Assembly: GCF_009914755.1 (NCBI RefSeq) | Contig: NC_060931.1 | DNA from: the human T2T-CHM13v2.0 reference genome, Homo sapiens | Reading direction: 5' to 3' (one strand) | Length of the DNA: 64,000 nt | Shown: piece by piece, positions 1-17,229 of the stretch | How positions within the stretch are numbered: the stretch's first letter is position 1 | Layout: the number at the start of each line of letters is the position of its first letter | The notes under the pieces: generated by a model | The model's input: the letters and a program-made list of their open reading frames with translations, nothing else | Databases searched by the model: none | Told to the model about the DNA's origin: nothing | Program-made: the position numbers and the translations under genes

Positions 1-402
1 ATGATAAAAAAAAATGCAATGTAAGACACTCAAAAATTTCTGTAACATATTTTTAAAAATCATGCCAAAAGGGCTTGAAATAATTTTTTCCATAAAGTAA
101 GGTCACTACTTTAAAAAAAGAGAATTTTAGAAACCAAATATTTTCTCTCCTCATTGTGCATGTGTATGTTACATCTACCCTGTAAGAGAGGGCAAAATAA
201 AAAGAATAAAAGTAAATGAAATATGCAAGAAAATAAAATTAATGTTGGAAATAGCAAAATGCATATTCATATATCAGAAAACTAAATTAGTGATAGGAAA
301 GATAAATTTGACAAACATATCCAGAATGCAGAATAAATTATGAAACAAGAAACAAAAATAATTTAAAAGAATATTACAGACATGGATTAAAGAACTGGAA
401 AA

Positions 403-719
403 GGCTGGGTGCAGTGGCTCACGCCTGTAATCCTAACACTTTGGAAGGCCGAGGTGGGTGGATTTACTGAGCTCAGGAGTTTGAGAGCAGCCTAGCCAAC
501 ACAGTGAAACCCCATCTCTACTAAAAATACAAAAACAAAATTAGCTGGGCGAGGTGGCGCACGGCCTGTAGTCCCAGCTACTCGGGAGCCCGAGGCATGA
601 GAACCTCTTGAATCTGGAAACCCAGGAGGCAGAAGTTGCAATGAGCTGAGATCGCGCCACTGCACTCCAGCCTGGGCAACAGAGTGAGTCTCTGTCTCCA
701 AAGGAAAAAAAAAAAAAAA
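403..719 (+). mobile_element. Alu (AluS type)
   Basis: GGCTGGGTGCAGTGGCTCACGCCTGTAATCC start, dimeric body, A tail; small internal duplication near 610-625. Confidence 0.93.
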
Positions 720-1667
720 GAAATGTAAATCCAAAAATCAGAATAGTAAGAAAAGTTCAATGACGGTAATAAAACAACAGTAATACAAGAAAGATAATAT
801 GATCTGAGTGTGATAGTATTGATGAAGACACATCACTTTCATAGTAATTGGAATATAGTGCTGAACAACACAAATTACATGCATTTTACATTCCAGTTGG
901 CACAGTATCAACAAATAACATAATATCACAACAGTGAAAGGGCTATCAAGGAAACGCAACAGCCTAGGTGGATAGAAAGTGACAAAGGGGCAGCTTTAGA
1001 AAGGATGACCAGAGAGGTTCCATGAGGAGGCAATTTTGAGTAGACCTGAGAAAGGTTCAGGAGGAAATCATCAGGTATATAGAGGTGAATATGGTTTAGG
1101 AAGGAATAGAGAAAATATTTTTATGCTGTAGACTAATATTATTGAGGATAAAACTTCAAAAAAATTCCAATTGTGACTATAGTTGATTACGTAAACTGTA
1201 ACTTAAAGAATATTAAAATACTTTCCAAGTTCCATTTCCAAAGGCCAGTCTCCACTCTCTCTCACAAAAATGTATGCCAGTGAAGTTTTATAACTGTAGC
1301 ATAGATAACTTTAAAATTATTTTAAATTTCCTTTTTTTCTGACCATCTGAATTCAGAAACTGTGCAAGGCAAAAGTGAGCATGCTAATTTGGTAGTTTAA
1401 CATTTATTTAAATTTAAAAGTTCTTTGATATATAACACATTTTTAAAACTTTTATTTATTTTATTATTATACTTTAAGTTCTAGGGTACATGTGCACAAC
1501 GTGCAGGTTTGTTACATATGTATACATGTGCCATGTTGGTGCGCTGCACCCGTTAACTCCTCATTTACATTAGGTTTATCTCCTAATGCTATCCCTCCCC
1601 CCTCCCCCACCCCACGACAGGCCCGGTGTGTGATGTTCCCCTTCCTGTGACCAAGTGTTCTCATTGT

Positions 1668-5472
<3,805 letters not shown>

Positions 5473-5528
5473 TTAGCTGGTTATTTTGCTTGTTAGTTGA
5501 TGCAGTTTCTTCCTAGCCTTGATGGTCT

Positions 5529-6557
5529 TTACAATTTGGTATGATTTTGCAGTGGCTGGTACTGGTTGTTCCTTTCCATGTTTAGTGCTTCCTTCAGGAG
5601 CTCTTGTAGGGAAGGCCTGGTGGTGACAAAATGTCTCAGCATTTGCTTGTCTGTAAAGTATTTTATTTCTCCTTCACTTATGAAGCTTAGTTTGGCTGGA
5701 TATGAAATTCTGGGTTGAAAATTCTTTTCTTTAAGAATGTTGAATATTGCCCCCCTCTCCGCACTCTCTCTGGCCTGTAGAGTTTCTGCTGAGAGATCTG
5801 CTGTTAGTCTGATGGGCTTCCCTTTGTGAGTAACCTGACTTTTCTCTCTGGCTGCCCTTAATATTTTTTCCTTCATTTCAACTTTGGTGAATCTGACAAT
5901 TATGTGTCTTGGAGTTGCTCTTCTCGAGGAGTATCTTTGTGGCGTTCTCTGTATTTCCTGAATTTGAATGTTGGCCTGCCTTGCTAGGGTGGGGAAGTTC
6001 TCCTGGATAATATCCTGCAGAGTGTTTTCCAACTTGGTTCCATTCTCCCCGTCACTTTCAGGTACACCAATCAAACGTAGATTTGGTCTTTTCACATAGT
6101 CCCATATTTCTTGGAGGCTTTGTTCATTTCTTCTCTTTTTTCTCTAAACTTCTCTTCTCACTTCATTTCATTCATTTGATCTTCAATCACTGATACCCTT
6201 TTTTCCACTTGATCAAATTGGCTACTGAAGCTTGTGCATGCATTAAGTTATTTCTCGTGCCATGGTTTTCAGCTCCATCCGGTCATTTAAGGTCTTCTCT
6301 ACACTGTTTATTCTAGTTAGCCATCTGTCTAATCTTTTTTCAAGGTTTTTAGCTTCTTTGCGATGGGTTTGAACATCCTCCTTTAGCTTGGAGAAGTTTG
6401 TTATTACCAATCGTCTGAAGCTTTCTTCTCTCAACTCATCAAAGTCATTCTCCATCCAGCTTTGTTCCATTGCTGGCGAGGAGCTGTGTTCCTTTGGAGG
6501 AGAAGAGCTGCTCTGATTTTTAGAATTTTCAGCTTTTCTGCTCTGGTTTCTCCCCAT
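5529..6557 (-). pseudogene. Disrupted L1 ORF1
   Basis: Split into 6243-6557 (MGRNQSRK...) and 5529-6095 (KRPNLRLIG...NHTKL). Confidence 0.9.
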
Positions 6558-8959
6558 CTTTTTGGTTTTATCTACCTTTGGTCTTTGATGATGGTGATGT
6601 GCAGATGGGGTTTTGGTGTGGATTTCCTTTCTGTTTATTAGTTTTCCTTCTAACAGTCAGGACCGTGAGCTACAGGTCTGTTGGAGTTCACTGGAAGTCC
6701 ACTCCAGACCCTGTTTGCCTGGGTATCGCCAGTGGAGGCTATAGAACAGCAAATATTGCAGAACGGCAAATGTTGCTGCCTGATCCTTCCTCTGGAAGCT
6801 TCATCTCAGAGGGGCTCCCAGCTGTTTGAGGTGTCAGTCGGCCCCTACTGGGAGGTGTCTCCCAGTTAGGCTCCTCGGAGGTCAGGGACCCATTTGAGGA
6901 GGCAGTCTGTCCGTTCTCAGATCTCAACCTCTGTGCTTGGAGAACCACTACTCTCTTCAAAGCTGTCAGATAGGGATGTTTAAGCCAGCAGAAGTTTTTG
7001 CTGCCTGTTGTTCAGCTATGCCCTGCCCCCAGATGTGGAGTCTACAGAGGCAGGCAGGCCTCCTTGAGCTGCAGTGGGCTCCACCCAGTTCGAGCTTCCC
7101 AGCTGCTTTGTTTGCCTACTCAAGCCTCAGCAATTGTGGACGCCCCTCCCCCAGCCTTGCTGCCACCTTGCAGTTCGATCTCAGACTGCCATGCTAGCAG
7201 TGAGCGAGGCTCTGTGGGCATGGGACCCTGTGAGCCAGGCGCAGGATATAATCTCCTGGTGTGCCATTTGCTAAGACCATTGGAAAAGCGTAGTATTAGG
7301 GTGGGAGTGTCCCGATTTTCCAGGTATCATCTGTCATGGCTTCCCTTGGCTAGGAAAGGGAATTCCCTGACTCCTTGCACTTCCTGGGTGAGGCGATGCC
7401 CCGCCCTGCTCTGTTGGCTGCACCCACTGTCCGACAAGTCCCAGTGAGAGAAACCCAGTACCTCAGTTGGAAATGCAGAAATCACCCATCTTCTGCATTG
7501 CTCATGCTGGGAGCTGTAGACTGCAACTGTTCTTATTTGGCCATCTTGGAACATCCGATATATAACACATTTTTATAAGTTACTTGGTAAAATTGTTTGA
7601 AATGACTGTTGTAAAAAGTGAAAAAAAATTAATTACAAATCTCAATATTCCTGAGGTACAATCATTATTTCACATTTTACAAATTAAATGTATAAAACAT
7701 AATACACACACTACACCCTGAACAGTAAACTAGCAGTAATGTTTGAGAGGAAACTATTTAAGTAACTGAAATCGTTTATACAGATTAAATTTATAATTCA
7801 CAGGAGGGGAACTCCATTCATCCTAGAAGGCTCAGCCCGTGGCACCCCTCCTGTGGTGGTTTCTCCCATCCCTATTTCCCCAGGCACAATCAGATTTACA
7901 GCCCTTTCTGCTCCCATTGCACCTATTCCATGCTCTATACCTACTGCGGAATTGTATGTTAACTCTTTGCCTCTTTACAGTTCCTCCTGCCCCCACCAGT
8001 CGACTATGAGAACCTTTGTTTTATCTACTTTGATTTTCCTGTCCTTAACACAGTGCCTAGGATTCATACATTGATTGGACAGGATTTTATTGTCAATTAT
8101 GAGCAATCGTATGACCAAGTTGAGCAAGATAAACCCTGCTCTAGATTAGACTACTAGTTCACAGTCTAGTAGGGGAGAAAGTATGTACACGAATCATTAA
8201 CATGCAGAGTGATACATTAATGAAGGTATATACCAGGTAGAGCAGTGACTTTGCCTGGGGATGTATTCCTGAGGAAGTAACTAGTCAGCTGAGCTGTTCA
8301 ACAAGCATTAGGCATTAACTCTGCTGGTGATGTGCTGGATGGCTAGTGAATAGAAAATTGAATAGAAAGAGCATTTACCTTCCCTCCAAAGATATACAAT
8401 CTTGAATGAATAGTTCGAGTAACAATGGCACGGGTAGTCAATAAGGTAGCAAGGCTGATAGCCAATGGGGTAAACTGTTAAAATATTGAACTCTTCTATA
8501 CCAGTGGTAAATAGCAGTCACTACCAGCACCTGTCTATTTGTTCTTTACTCTACCTCCCCTCAGTACTCCCAATCCCCTCCTATATGACCCATAGACCCT
8601 CCTGTGTTCCAGCAAGTAAAGAGTCAATACCCTTATGTACTAAACATTTTACACATAATTCCAAGGGATGCACTTTGCCAAGAAAGAAAAAAATTACAAG
8701 CTTTGAAATAGCAGTATTTGGTAAACTGCAGTTAAAAGCCAGGGTATGAAGTTCGAGTTGGGGAAAAGAGAAAATGGAACTGAAGAATTGAGAAGGGCAA
8801 TGAAGAGCCACAGAAAAATTTTAAGCAGATCTGTTTTAAAAAAAATTCTGTCCAACATTAGTATGTAAGTGCTCATTAATATTTGTTGAATATGATTATG
8901 CTAATAATAATTTACACAAACCTCTAACCAATGGGAGAAAAAGAAGCTTTCATAAACAT

Positions 8960-9921
8960 GGACTTAGATGCAGGGAATTTATTCCATTATCCATACAAAT
9001 TACAGACTCTATGATTCTACTGTAACTTTGCAATTGGTGATTTCAGTATTACAGACGTGAATACTGAGAAATAATTAGGGGAAGAAAATCAAACGTGGCT
9101 GATCTGGACTGTTTTTTCTTCTATTTCACTCAGAACTTTTAAACACATAGTATGACTAAATGCGGATAAAGGGGTTTACCCATCATTGTGAATAGGCATG
9201 AGATCACTCAGAAATGTTGGATTACAAAGGGCCAATAAGAAAGGCTTGACTGTATGCAAGTGTCGACAGAATGGGTTCTCCATTACTTTGATTCCTTATT
9301 TTCAGAAGAGATAAGAAATTCCTCATTAATGGATGTACTCAATGAGAATTAAATACTCAAAACAGGACCTTAGCAAATCATTGTTTTATTTTAACATCAC
9401 TGTTTACTGTTCTTCCTAACTGGCAGTTACTCCTTTGTAGATAGTACAAATCACAATGTAATTCCCATCATTATGTGTATAATATGTGTTCCTTCTTGTT
9501 CTACCTTAACAGCAAGTGACAAATACATCATTTTTATTGAATATTAATTTTCAATTTATTTCAGCAGCAAGCACCAAAATCAAAACCCAACAATCAATAT
9601 AATAAGTATATGTAACAAATAATCTGAAATTCAGCCCCATTAAGACATGTGGGTGCAATATTTTTATATTCCCAAAGGTCTGCATATTTTGGGGGCATTA
9701 AACAACAGGGAACTAAAATTTAACACAAAATCAGGTGCCATTTAATACTGTTTAACATTTGAAAATTATTTATTTAATAATACAGATCGTTTTAATGTGC
9801 TGTAAATATTTCTCGCACAGCATCATATTGTCAGAAGTTTTTCCCTTTTGGAGGCTTCTTTTTTCCATTCCTTTCCAGTAACTGGCCTCCCAATGCCAGC
9901 AACTCAGGTAGATTCATGCAG
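8960..9921 (-). other. IMMP2L: IMMP2L 3'UTR with tandem polyadenylation signals
   Basis: Unique AU-rich sequence after the stop codon. AATAAA on the minus strand (TTTATT on plus) at 9769-9774, 9555-9560, 9533-9538, 9385-9390 and 8978-8983. The cleavage site(s) cannot be fixed from sequence alone. Confidence 0.65.
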
Positions 9922-10041
9922 TCATTCCTCTTCTCTCTGTACTGGTAAGCGCTCTGGAGGAAGAACAGATTCCAATTTCTGCCAGCGCTCTGGGGGCCAC
10001 AGGATATGTGTGGCATGGGCATGCAGAAGTCCTAGGGAAAC
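9922..10041 (-). CDS. IMMP2L: Terminal coding exon of mitochondrial inner membrane peptidase subunit 2 (39 aa + stop)
   Basis: Minus strand reads pyrimidine tract ...ttctttctgtttctcatgaattaAG|GTT TCC CTA GGA CTT... and translates [42 protein letters not shown], the C-terminus of human IMMP2L as I recall it. Acceptor AG is at 10043-10042 and the stop at 9924-9922. Too short for the ORF track. Confidence 0.95.
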   Translation of the reverse strand, partial: VSLGLLHAHATHILWPPERWQKLESVLPPERLPVQREEE

Positions 10042-10211
10042 CTTAATTCATGAGAAACAGAAAGAAAGCAATAAAGAGATCATTTTATAAGAATCATTAT
10101 TAATAGCTTGAAAGCAGAATTTAATCCAGGTTTAACATCCCAGGGAGAAGTGATGATGAATAAAAAAAATAGTAAACACCTTTTGTAGCCATTGAAATAC
10201 AAAGAAAAATA

Positions 10212-10435
10212 CAGTAAGCACTTATATAGCATTTTTCTAGGTGCTATTGTATATAAACTCCTTTAATCCTCACAAAAACCATTTGAAGTAGGTTCTGTTA
10301 GTATTTCCCTTTTAGAAATGAGAAAGCAAAGCTCAAAGAGGTTAAAAAATTTGCCAAAATTCATACAGCTACCAAGCGGTTAGTCTGTGTTTAGAACCAA
10401 GCAGTTTGACTCGAGTCCACCATCTTAACCATTAG
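10212..10435 (-). mobile_element. MIR
   Basis: MIR core in reverse: tttaatcctcac...tttagaaatgagaaagcaaagctcaaagaggttaa. Confidence 0.75.
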
Positions 10436-12570
10436 CCTCAAGAGCCTATTTGCATAGACCCAGGAAGCATAAATCTGGCGTATATTCTCAGAGTTTCCCG
10501 CAGAGTCATTGGTATCCTAGAGAGACTTTCTTTATGGAAAAATCACAGAGTCCTAAAAAATATATATATTTTGTGAAAAACATTGTCCCACCTACTAGAT
10601 GAGCAGCAGGAGTTAGGTGTGAGACTGGGTGGGCTGTCTCCATGGAGAGTACACTGAGTAACACGGATCTAGTACTCATGGAGAGAGGTGGAAAACAAAG
10701 AGAAAGCAAACAAGGTGGGATGGGTAGCAAGGAAAAATAATAAAGTATACAGATCATGGCAGATGGTAAAGAATCCCCATCAGCAGAGGAGAGCAGAGAT
10801 TGGCGAGGATGGAAGAGGAGGTGAGGGGGAGGACTTAAGGCTGAGCCCAAAGACAGGAAGGGAGCCCTTAAACATCTTAAATCTTAAAGACATCAATTTC
10901 GGTGAACAGGAGAACATAGCAAACTTGTTTAAAAGGCAGATCAGGGTCTTATCTTAAGAGATTACCCTTCAACAGGTCTGAAGGAGGGCCTGGAAATCTG
11001 TGTTTTTAAAAAAATTGTTGTTGTTATAGTTACTATCAGGTGATATTTTAATGGTATTTAGAAGCTTACAAAATACACTCATATTTAGCACATATTTACT
11101 GAGTGCCGGTTATAAAGTAATACTATATGTCCACTTTATTTACCATTTTATTTTCAAATGTTTTTCCTATAAACTGGACTTCCACAGAGATTAACATAAA
11201 ACATTCCTTTCACTGAAGCTCTTCTATTTGCTATCACATGAATTCAGGAAATCTCTTCTATTTGCTATCGTACGTATTCAAAAAAATCACATTGTCTAGG
11301 GACTCGAAGACGGAACTGGATGTCAGGGAAGGCTTCCAAAAAGATAATCAAAAACACATTGTTTACACAGAAGAAGAAGAAGAAAAATCTTTTAACAACA
11401 ACTTGAAATACAAACTAAATATTCACGAAGAGTAGCAAGAAGCCCTTGGGCTCAATAAAGGGTTCTTTTTTTTCTTCTACTTGTTATTTTGAAAATCAGA
11501 CCTGTAAAAAATTTGAAAGTGTGGTACAAAAAACAGCTCCATCAAAAGTAAGCATTTACATTTTGCTGCATTCATTTTTTTCTCATTTTATGTGTATGTA
11601 CATATATGAGACATGTACACAGCTACTTCTTCTAAACTGTTTGATAGTTGTTGACATCATGCTAAATTTATCCCTGAAAACTTCAACATATATCTCCTGA
11701 GAATGAAGACCGTTTCATATATGAACATGATACCATTATTATACACAAGATATTTAATGTAGATACAATATTACTTATTACATAGTTCATATTCAAAATT
11801 TTCCAATTGTCCCACTGATGTCTTCTATAGCCATTATTTTAAAAATTCAAGGTCTAATCAAGAGTCACATATTGCATTTGGTGGTCATTATTTTGCTTCG
11901 GTTTACATTTAATTTCTTTTAATCTGGAGTCCCAGCAAGCTGCCTTGTAAAATGTCATATATCTGGAATTGCTTGATTTTTTTTCCCTCATGACTAGAGT
12001 CAAGTTCCATCAAATCAGGAGGCACAAAATATCGGTGCATCTCATTGTTGTGATGCCAAGTTTGATCACTTAAGGCAATATTGACTAGATTTCTCCATCA
12101 TAAATAAATCTTTTTCCTTCTGTAATTAATAACTGTGAGATATTTTGTAATAATGTAAATATCCTATATGCCAGCTATATTTCATCTAATTGTGTTAACA
12201 TTCATTGATGATCCTGTCCGAATCACTTATTACATTAGGGATTACAAAAATAATGATTTTCCAAATCTATTCCTTCTTTTGCATTTATTAGTTGGCATTG
12301 TTCTCTTAAAAAAAAAGTGCTTTCCCTTTCACCCTAACTGCCTCTATTGTAATATCAAGAAGTCCTTTTTTTAAGTCAAAATCTGTGACTACTTTTTATT
12401 TATCCGTTTGATGCTCAAATGTCTTAAGTTTGGCCAGTGGGAGCTCTATGTGTCCTTTGGATACATCTCCATCAGTATTTTAGCGCTACCTTACTTTTTG
12501 GCACTATTAGTTGTTACAGGCTTACCTTGCACCTAATACCTGCTCCCCCTGAGATCAGACATTTCTTTAA

Positions 12571-12893
<323 letters not shown>

Positions 12894-13234
12894 ATTATTT
12901 AGAAACCAAGGTTTAGTACTAGGTGTGCTCAGTGCTCCTGGGGTGTCAATATTCTATGCCATTTCAGGGAATACACATAAAAAATCCAATACCAAAAAGT
13001 TCTCCCTCACCTTCCGCACTCCATATTTTATCTCCCTTCTTCCACAGTGATTACCCTGGCTCCCCACAACATTAACACATTTATTCATTTATACTTTCCT
13101 AAAATATACTCAAAATAGTTTCAAGGTGACTACACTACAACCATTACCAACAATAAATCTGCTGAGTACAAATTAAGATGTCTGTGTAATTATTTTAGTC
13201 CTTAAAATATATCTCAGTTTAAGGGTGTACTTGT

Positions 13235-13489
13235 AGGCCGGAGTGCAGTGGCATGATCTTGGCTCACTGCAAGGTCCGCCTCCCAGGTTCATGCCATTCT
13301 CCTGCCTCAGCCTCCTGAGTAGCTGGGACTACGGGCACCAGCCACCACGCCCAGCTAATTTTTTGTATTTTTAGTAGAGAGGGGTTTCACCGTGTTAGCC
13401 AAGATGGTCTCGATCTTCTGACCTAGTGATCCATCTGCCTTGGCCTCCCAAAGTGCTGGGATTACAGGCGTGAGCCACTGCGCCCGGCC
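13235..13489 (-). mobile_element. AluY-like, lacking 3' end and poly(A)
   Basis: CCGTGTTAGCC and GATGGTCTCGATCT diagnostics. Homology stops at aggccggagtgcagtgg with no T-run. Confidence 0.88.
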
Positions 13490-13672
13490 TGGAATAAATT
13501 CTTTTTTTTCTCCCCAGTATAGTTATGTTACCATTTGATATAGAGGTAGGCTTATTTGTTTCTATTTATACTCAATTTTAGAGTTTGCTTTGATTACCCA
13601 TTTTTGATTCCATTTTATTTTTGAATATATATAAATTTACATCATTCAAAAGTTAAGATTATTTTTTAAAGA

Positions 13673-14165
13673 TGTGGTAGGCAGAATGATGCCTCCCCAC
13701 CACCGTCCTGGCAAAAGATGTCCACATCTTAATTGCCAGAAGCTGTGAATATGTTAGAGAATAAAGAAGAATTAAGATGCTAACCAGTTGACCTTAAGAT
13801 AACAAGAATATTCTCTATTATTTTATGGGCCTGAATGTAATCACAAGGGTCCTAAACAGTGAAAGCAGGAGGCAGAAGGGTCAGATTCAAAGAGATTTGA
13901 AAATGCAGTGCTGCTGGCTTTGAAGGTGCAGAAAAGGACCATGAGCCAAGGAATGCAGGCGGCCTCTCGAAGCCAGAGAAAGGAAGGAGATGAATTATCC
14001 TCTAGAACTTTCAGAAGGAATGCAGCCCTGCTGACATCTTAACTTTAGCCCAGTGAGACCCATATTGGACTTTTGACATCCAGAACTGTAAAATAGTATA
14101 TTTGTGCTGTTGTAAGGAGATACATTTAAGGGAATTTATTAGATCAGCAATAGGAAACTGAAACA
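13673..14165 (+). mobile_element. MaLR solo LTR, MLT1D-like
   Basis: TGTGGTAGGCAGAAT...AAAGATGTCCAC start; ...CAGCAATAGGAAACTGAAACA end. Confidence 0.8.
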
Positions 14166-15307
14166 AAAAGTATACAAAGAGAAATCCCATTCCCATCTTC
14201 CACCCCATCCGCAATAGGTAACTAATTTTATTAGTTTCTGGTTTGTTGTTTCTGTGTTTCCTTTTTGAAGCAGGAAAAAAGCAAATAAGGATACATACAT
14301 ATTCCTTTTTCCCTTTTAGACTTATACCAAAGGTAACATGCTATATTCTCTTGTGCACCTTGCTTTTACTCTCAACAATATATCCTGTAAGCTACCTCTA
14401 TTACTTCATAGAAATGAAGTCTGTGTTTTTTTTTTAAAGTCTCCTCACCCCACCTAACCCTAGTGATTCTGCTGATTACTCAGTTGGGGAATCTAAATCT
14501 GTAGTTTCCACTTTGTTTCACGTCTGGAAAAGGTAAACCTAATCAACCTTAAAGAATCCCTTGAATGTATTCCAGAACATCCTAAAAAACCATTCCATCT
14601 ATGTTAACTTCCAGGAAATACTTCCCTAGACCTAAGTGATCTGTCATATTGCAGTTTTTATCCAGTTTTGTTCTTATCTGAGCTCAGCAGAGTTGGAAAA
14701 CAGCTGGTCTCCATCTCTTCTACAATAACCCTTTTTAAAATTTGATAGCTGCTACTCAGATGTACCTCAAGCCTTTATTTGCTCTTCAAGATGTTTAACT
14801 TTGTTTCATAAGGGTGATTTGCCAGTCTTCTAACTTGGCTGAACTCTTGCCAATATATCTGCTCGCTTGCTTAGCTTTGGACTCAGTTTTGGGCATAGTG
14901 ATTCAATTTTTTTTAAATCAACACTCATTTTACCAAAACCAATCTTAGAATTCTTTTATTTTAAACATTTATTAAGGCTACTACTCTTGCTTCCTGAAAA
15001 AAATAATTCATCTTCACAATGATGAATGATGAGAATTCTATCAGATAACATCAATATTGCTTCAAAACATGGTATGGGAATGCAAAATTCAGGGTTTCTT
15101 TTTTTTAATATTGAGAATAATAGAGAGAGAGAGAGTGTCTGTTCATCCTCCATAGTGTCTTGTCATGGATCTTCATTTTTTAAAATTGATATGTCTATAG
15201 GCAGGCAAAGAGTATAGTGAATATAGAAAGATAAAAATCCAGAAATATATGAACTTTGTAAAAATTAAAAATTATCCTTCAGGTACAGTTTTGACTTGCA
15301 TACTGGC

Positions 15308-15365
15308 TGTATTAGTTAGGTTCTCCAGAGAAACTGAACCAACAGTATGTGTGTGTGTGTGTGTG

Positions 15366-15420
<55 letters not shown>

Positions 15421-15871
15421 ATATATATATATAGAGAGAGAGAGAGAGAAAGAGAGATTTATCTTTAAGGAATTAGCACATGTGATTATGGAGGCTTGGC
15501 AAGTCCAAAATCTGACAAGGGAGGTCAGCCGACTGGAGACCCAGGAAAAAGTTGCAGTTCGTTGCAGTTCGAGTCCAAAGGCAGACTGCTGGTGAACCAG
15601 GAAGAGTCAATGTTGCAGGTGAGATCTGAAGACGATCTGCTGGTGTGTTCCTTCTTACTCAGGGGAAGTCATCCTGTTGTTCTATTCAGGCCTTCAACTG
15701 ATTGAAGAGGCTTACCCACATTACAGACAGTAATCTGCTTTACTGAAAGTCGATCAATTTAAATGTAAATCTCATTCAAAAGCACACTCAAAGAAACATC
15801 CGGAATAATGCTCGACCAAAGATCTGAGCACACTGGCACAGCCAAGCTGACACATAAAATTCACCATCACA
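15308..15871 (-). mobile_element. ERVL solo LTR, MLT2 family
   Basis: tgtattagttaggttctccagagaaac... and ...gacacataaaattcaccatcaca termini. Confidence 0.82.
15348..15449. repeat. Compound microsatellite (TG)n-(TA)n-(GA)n
   Basis: Directly visible; (TG) tract ~66 bp with one interruption. Confidence 0.97.
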
Positions 15872-15909
15872 CTTGACATATACAATCCTCCTGCTCTTTG
15901 CTTACTCAG

Positions 15910-16095
15910 TGTTACACTCAGTGCTTACTCTATGGAGGGCAGTGTTCTGAATGACTTACACATACTGACTCATTTAATTCTTAAAATAAGCCATGGGGTA
16001 AGTACTGTTACTGCCTCTATTTCGTAGCCGAGGTAGTGTAGGTGCAGCAATGTATTTTTTGAGCTGAGACTCAAATGCATGAACTCTGGTTCTAG
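15910..16095 (-). mobile_element. MIR fragment
   Basis: agtgcttactc...actcatttaattctta... MIR 3' portion in reverse. Confidence 0.55.
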
Positions 16096-16107
16096 AAGCT
16101 TTCTATC

Positions 16108-16236
16108 AGGATCACCATATCATTCATCATCCAAATGAAACACTTCTGGCAGTCCAAGGGGGTGCTATTTTTATTAAGTCAGGATAATAAAAATAAATCA
16201 GGACTGTCCTTGACAAATAAGAATATAGTTGCCCTA
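16108..16236 (+). mobile_element. MER94-like hAT-Blackjack DNA transposon
   Basis: aggatcaccatat...ggggtgctatt...gactgtcc...gttgcccta; degenerate TIRs. Confidence 0.65.
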
Positions 16237-16313
16237 ATATAATTGCTTCTCAATACTGCTAGGTCCCACGTTCTTTCCTGAAAAAATAGACTCATCAATA
16301 AGTAAGTACACAT

Positions 16314-16706
16314 TGTTATGTGCTAAATTGTGTTCCCTCAACTTTATATGTTGAAGTCTTAACTCCTAATACCTCAGAATGTGACTGTATTTGGATATGG
16401 AAACTTTAAAGGGATGATTAAGTTAAAATGAGGCCTGAAGGCAACCGGATTAGTGACCTTACGAGAAGAGGAGATTATGACACACAGAGAAACACCAGAA
16501 GCACATGTGCACACAGAGAAGTTCATGTGAGAACATAGCAAGAAGGTGGCATCAACAGCCAAGGAGGGGGACTATAGAAAAAAACCAAACATATACTGAA
16601 CCCTTGATCTTGGACTTCTAGTTCCAGAATTGTCAGAAAATAAATTTCTGTTGTTTAAGCCACAATCTGCGGTATTTTGTTATGAGAGTCCTAGCAAGCT
16701 AATACA
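16314..16706 (+). mobile_element. MaLR solo LTR, MLT1B/MLT1A-like
   Basis: TG...CA termini (tgttatgtgctaaattgtg... ...ctaataca) with perfect 5-bp TSD CACAT (16309-16313, 16707-16711). Confidence 0.88.
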
Positions 16707-16731
16707 CACATGAATTTAAAAAACGCTACGC

Positions 16732-17229
<498 letters not shown>

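Noticed and set aside
9831-10022. 63-aa ORF as an independent gene
   Set aside because: It is an alternative frame of the IMMP2L terminal exon with no promoter evidence; kept only as an alternative-acceptor hypothesis.
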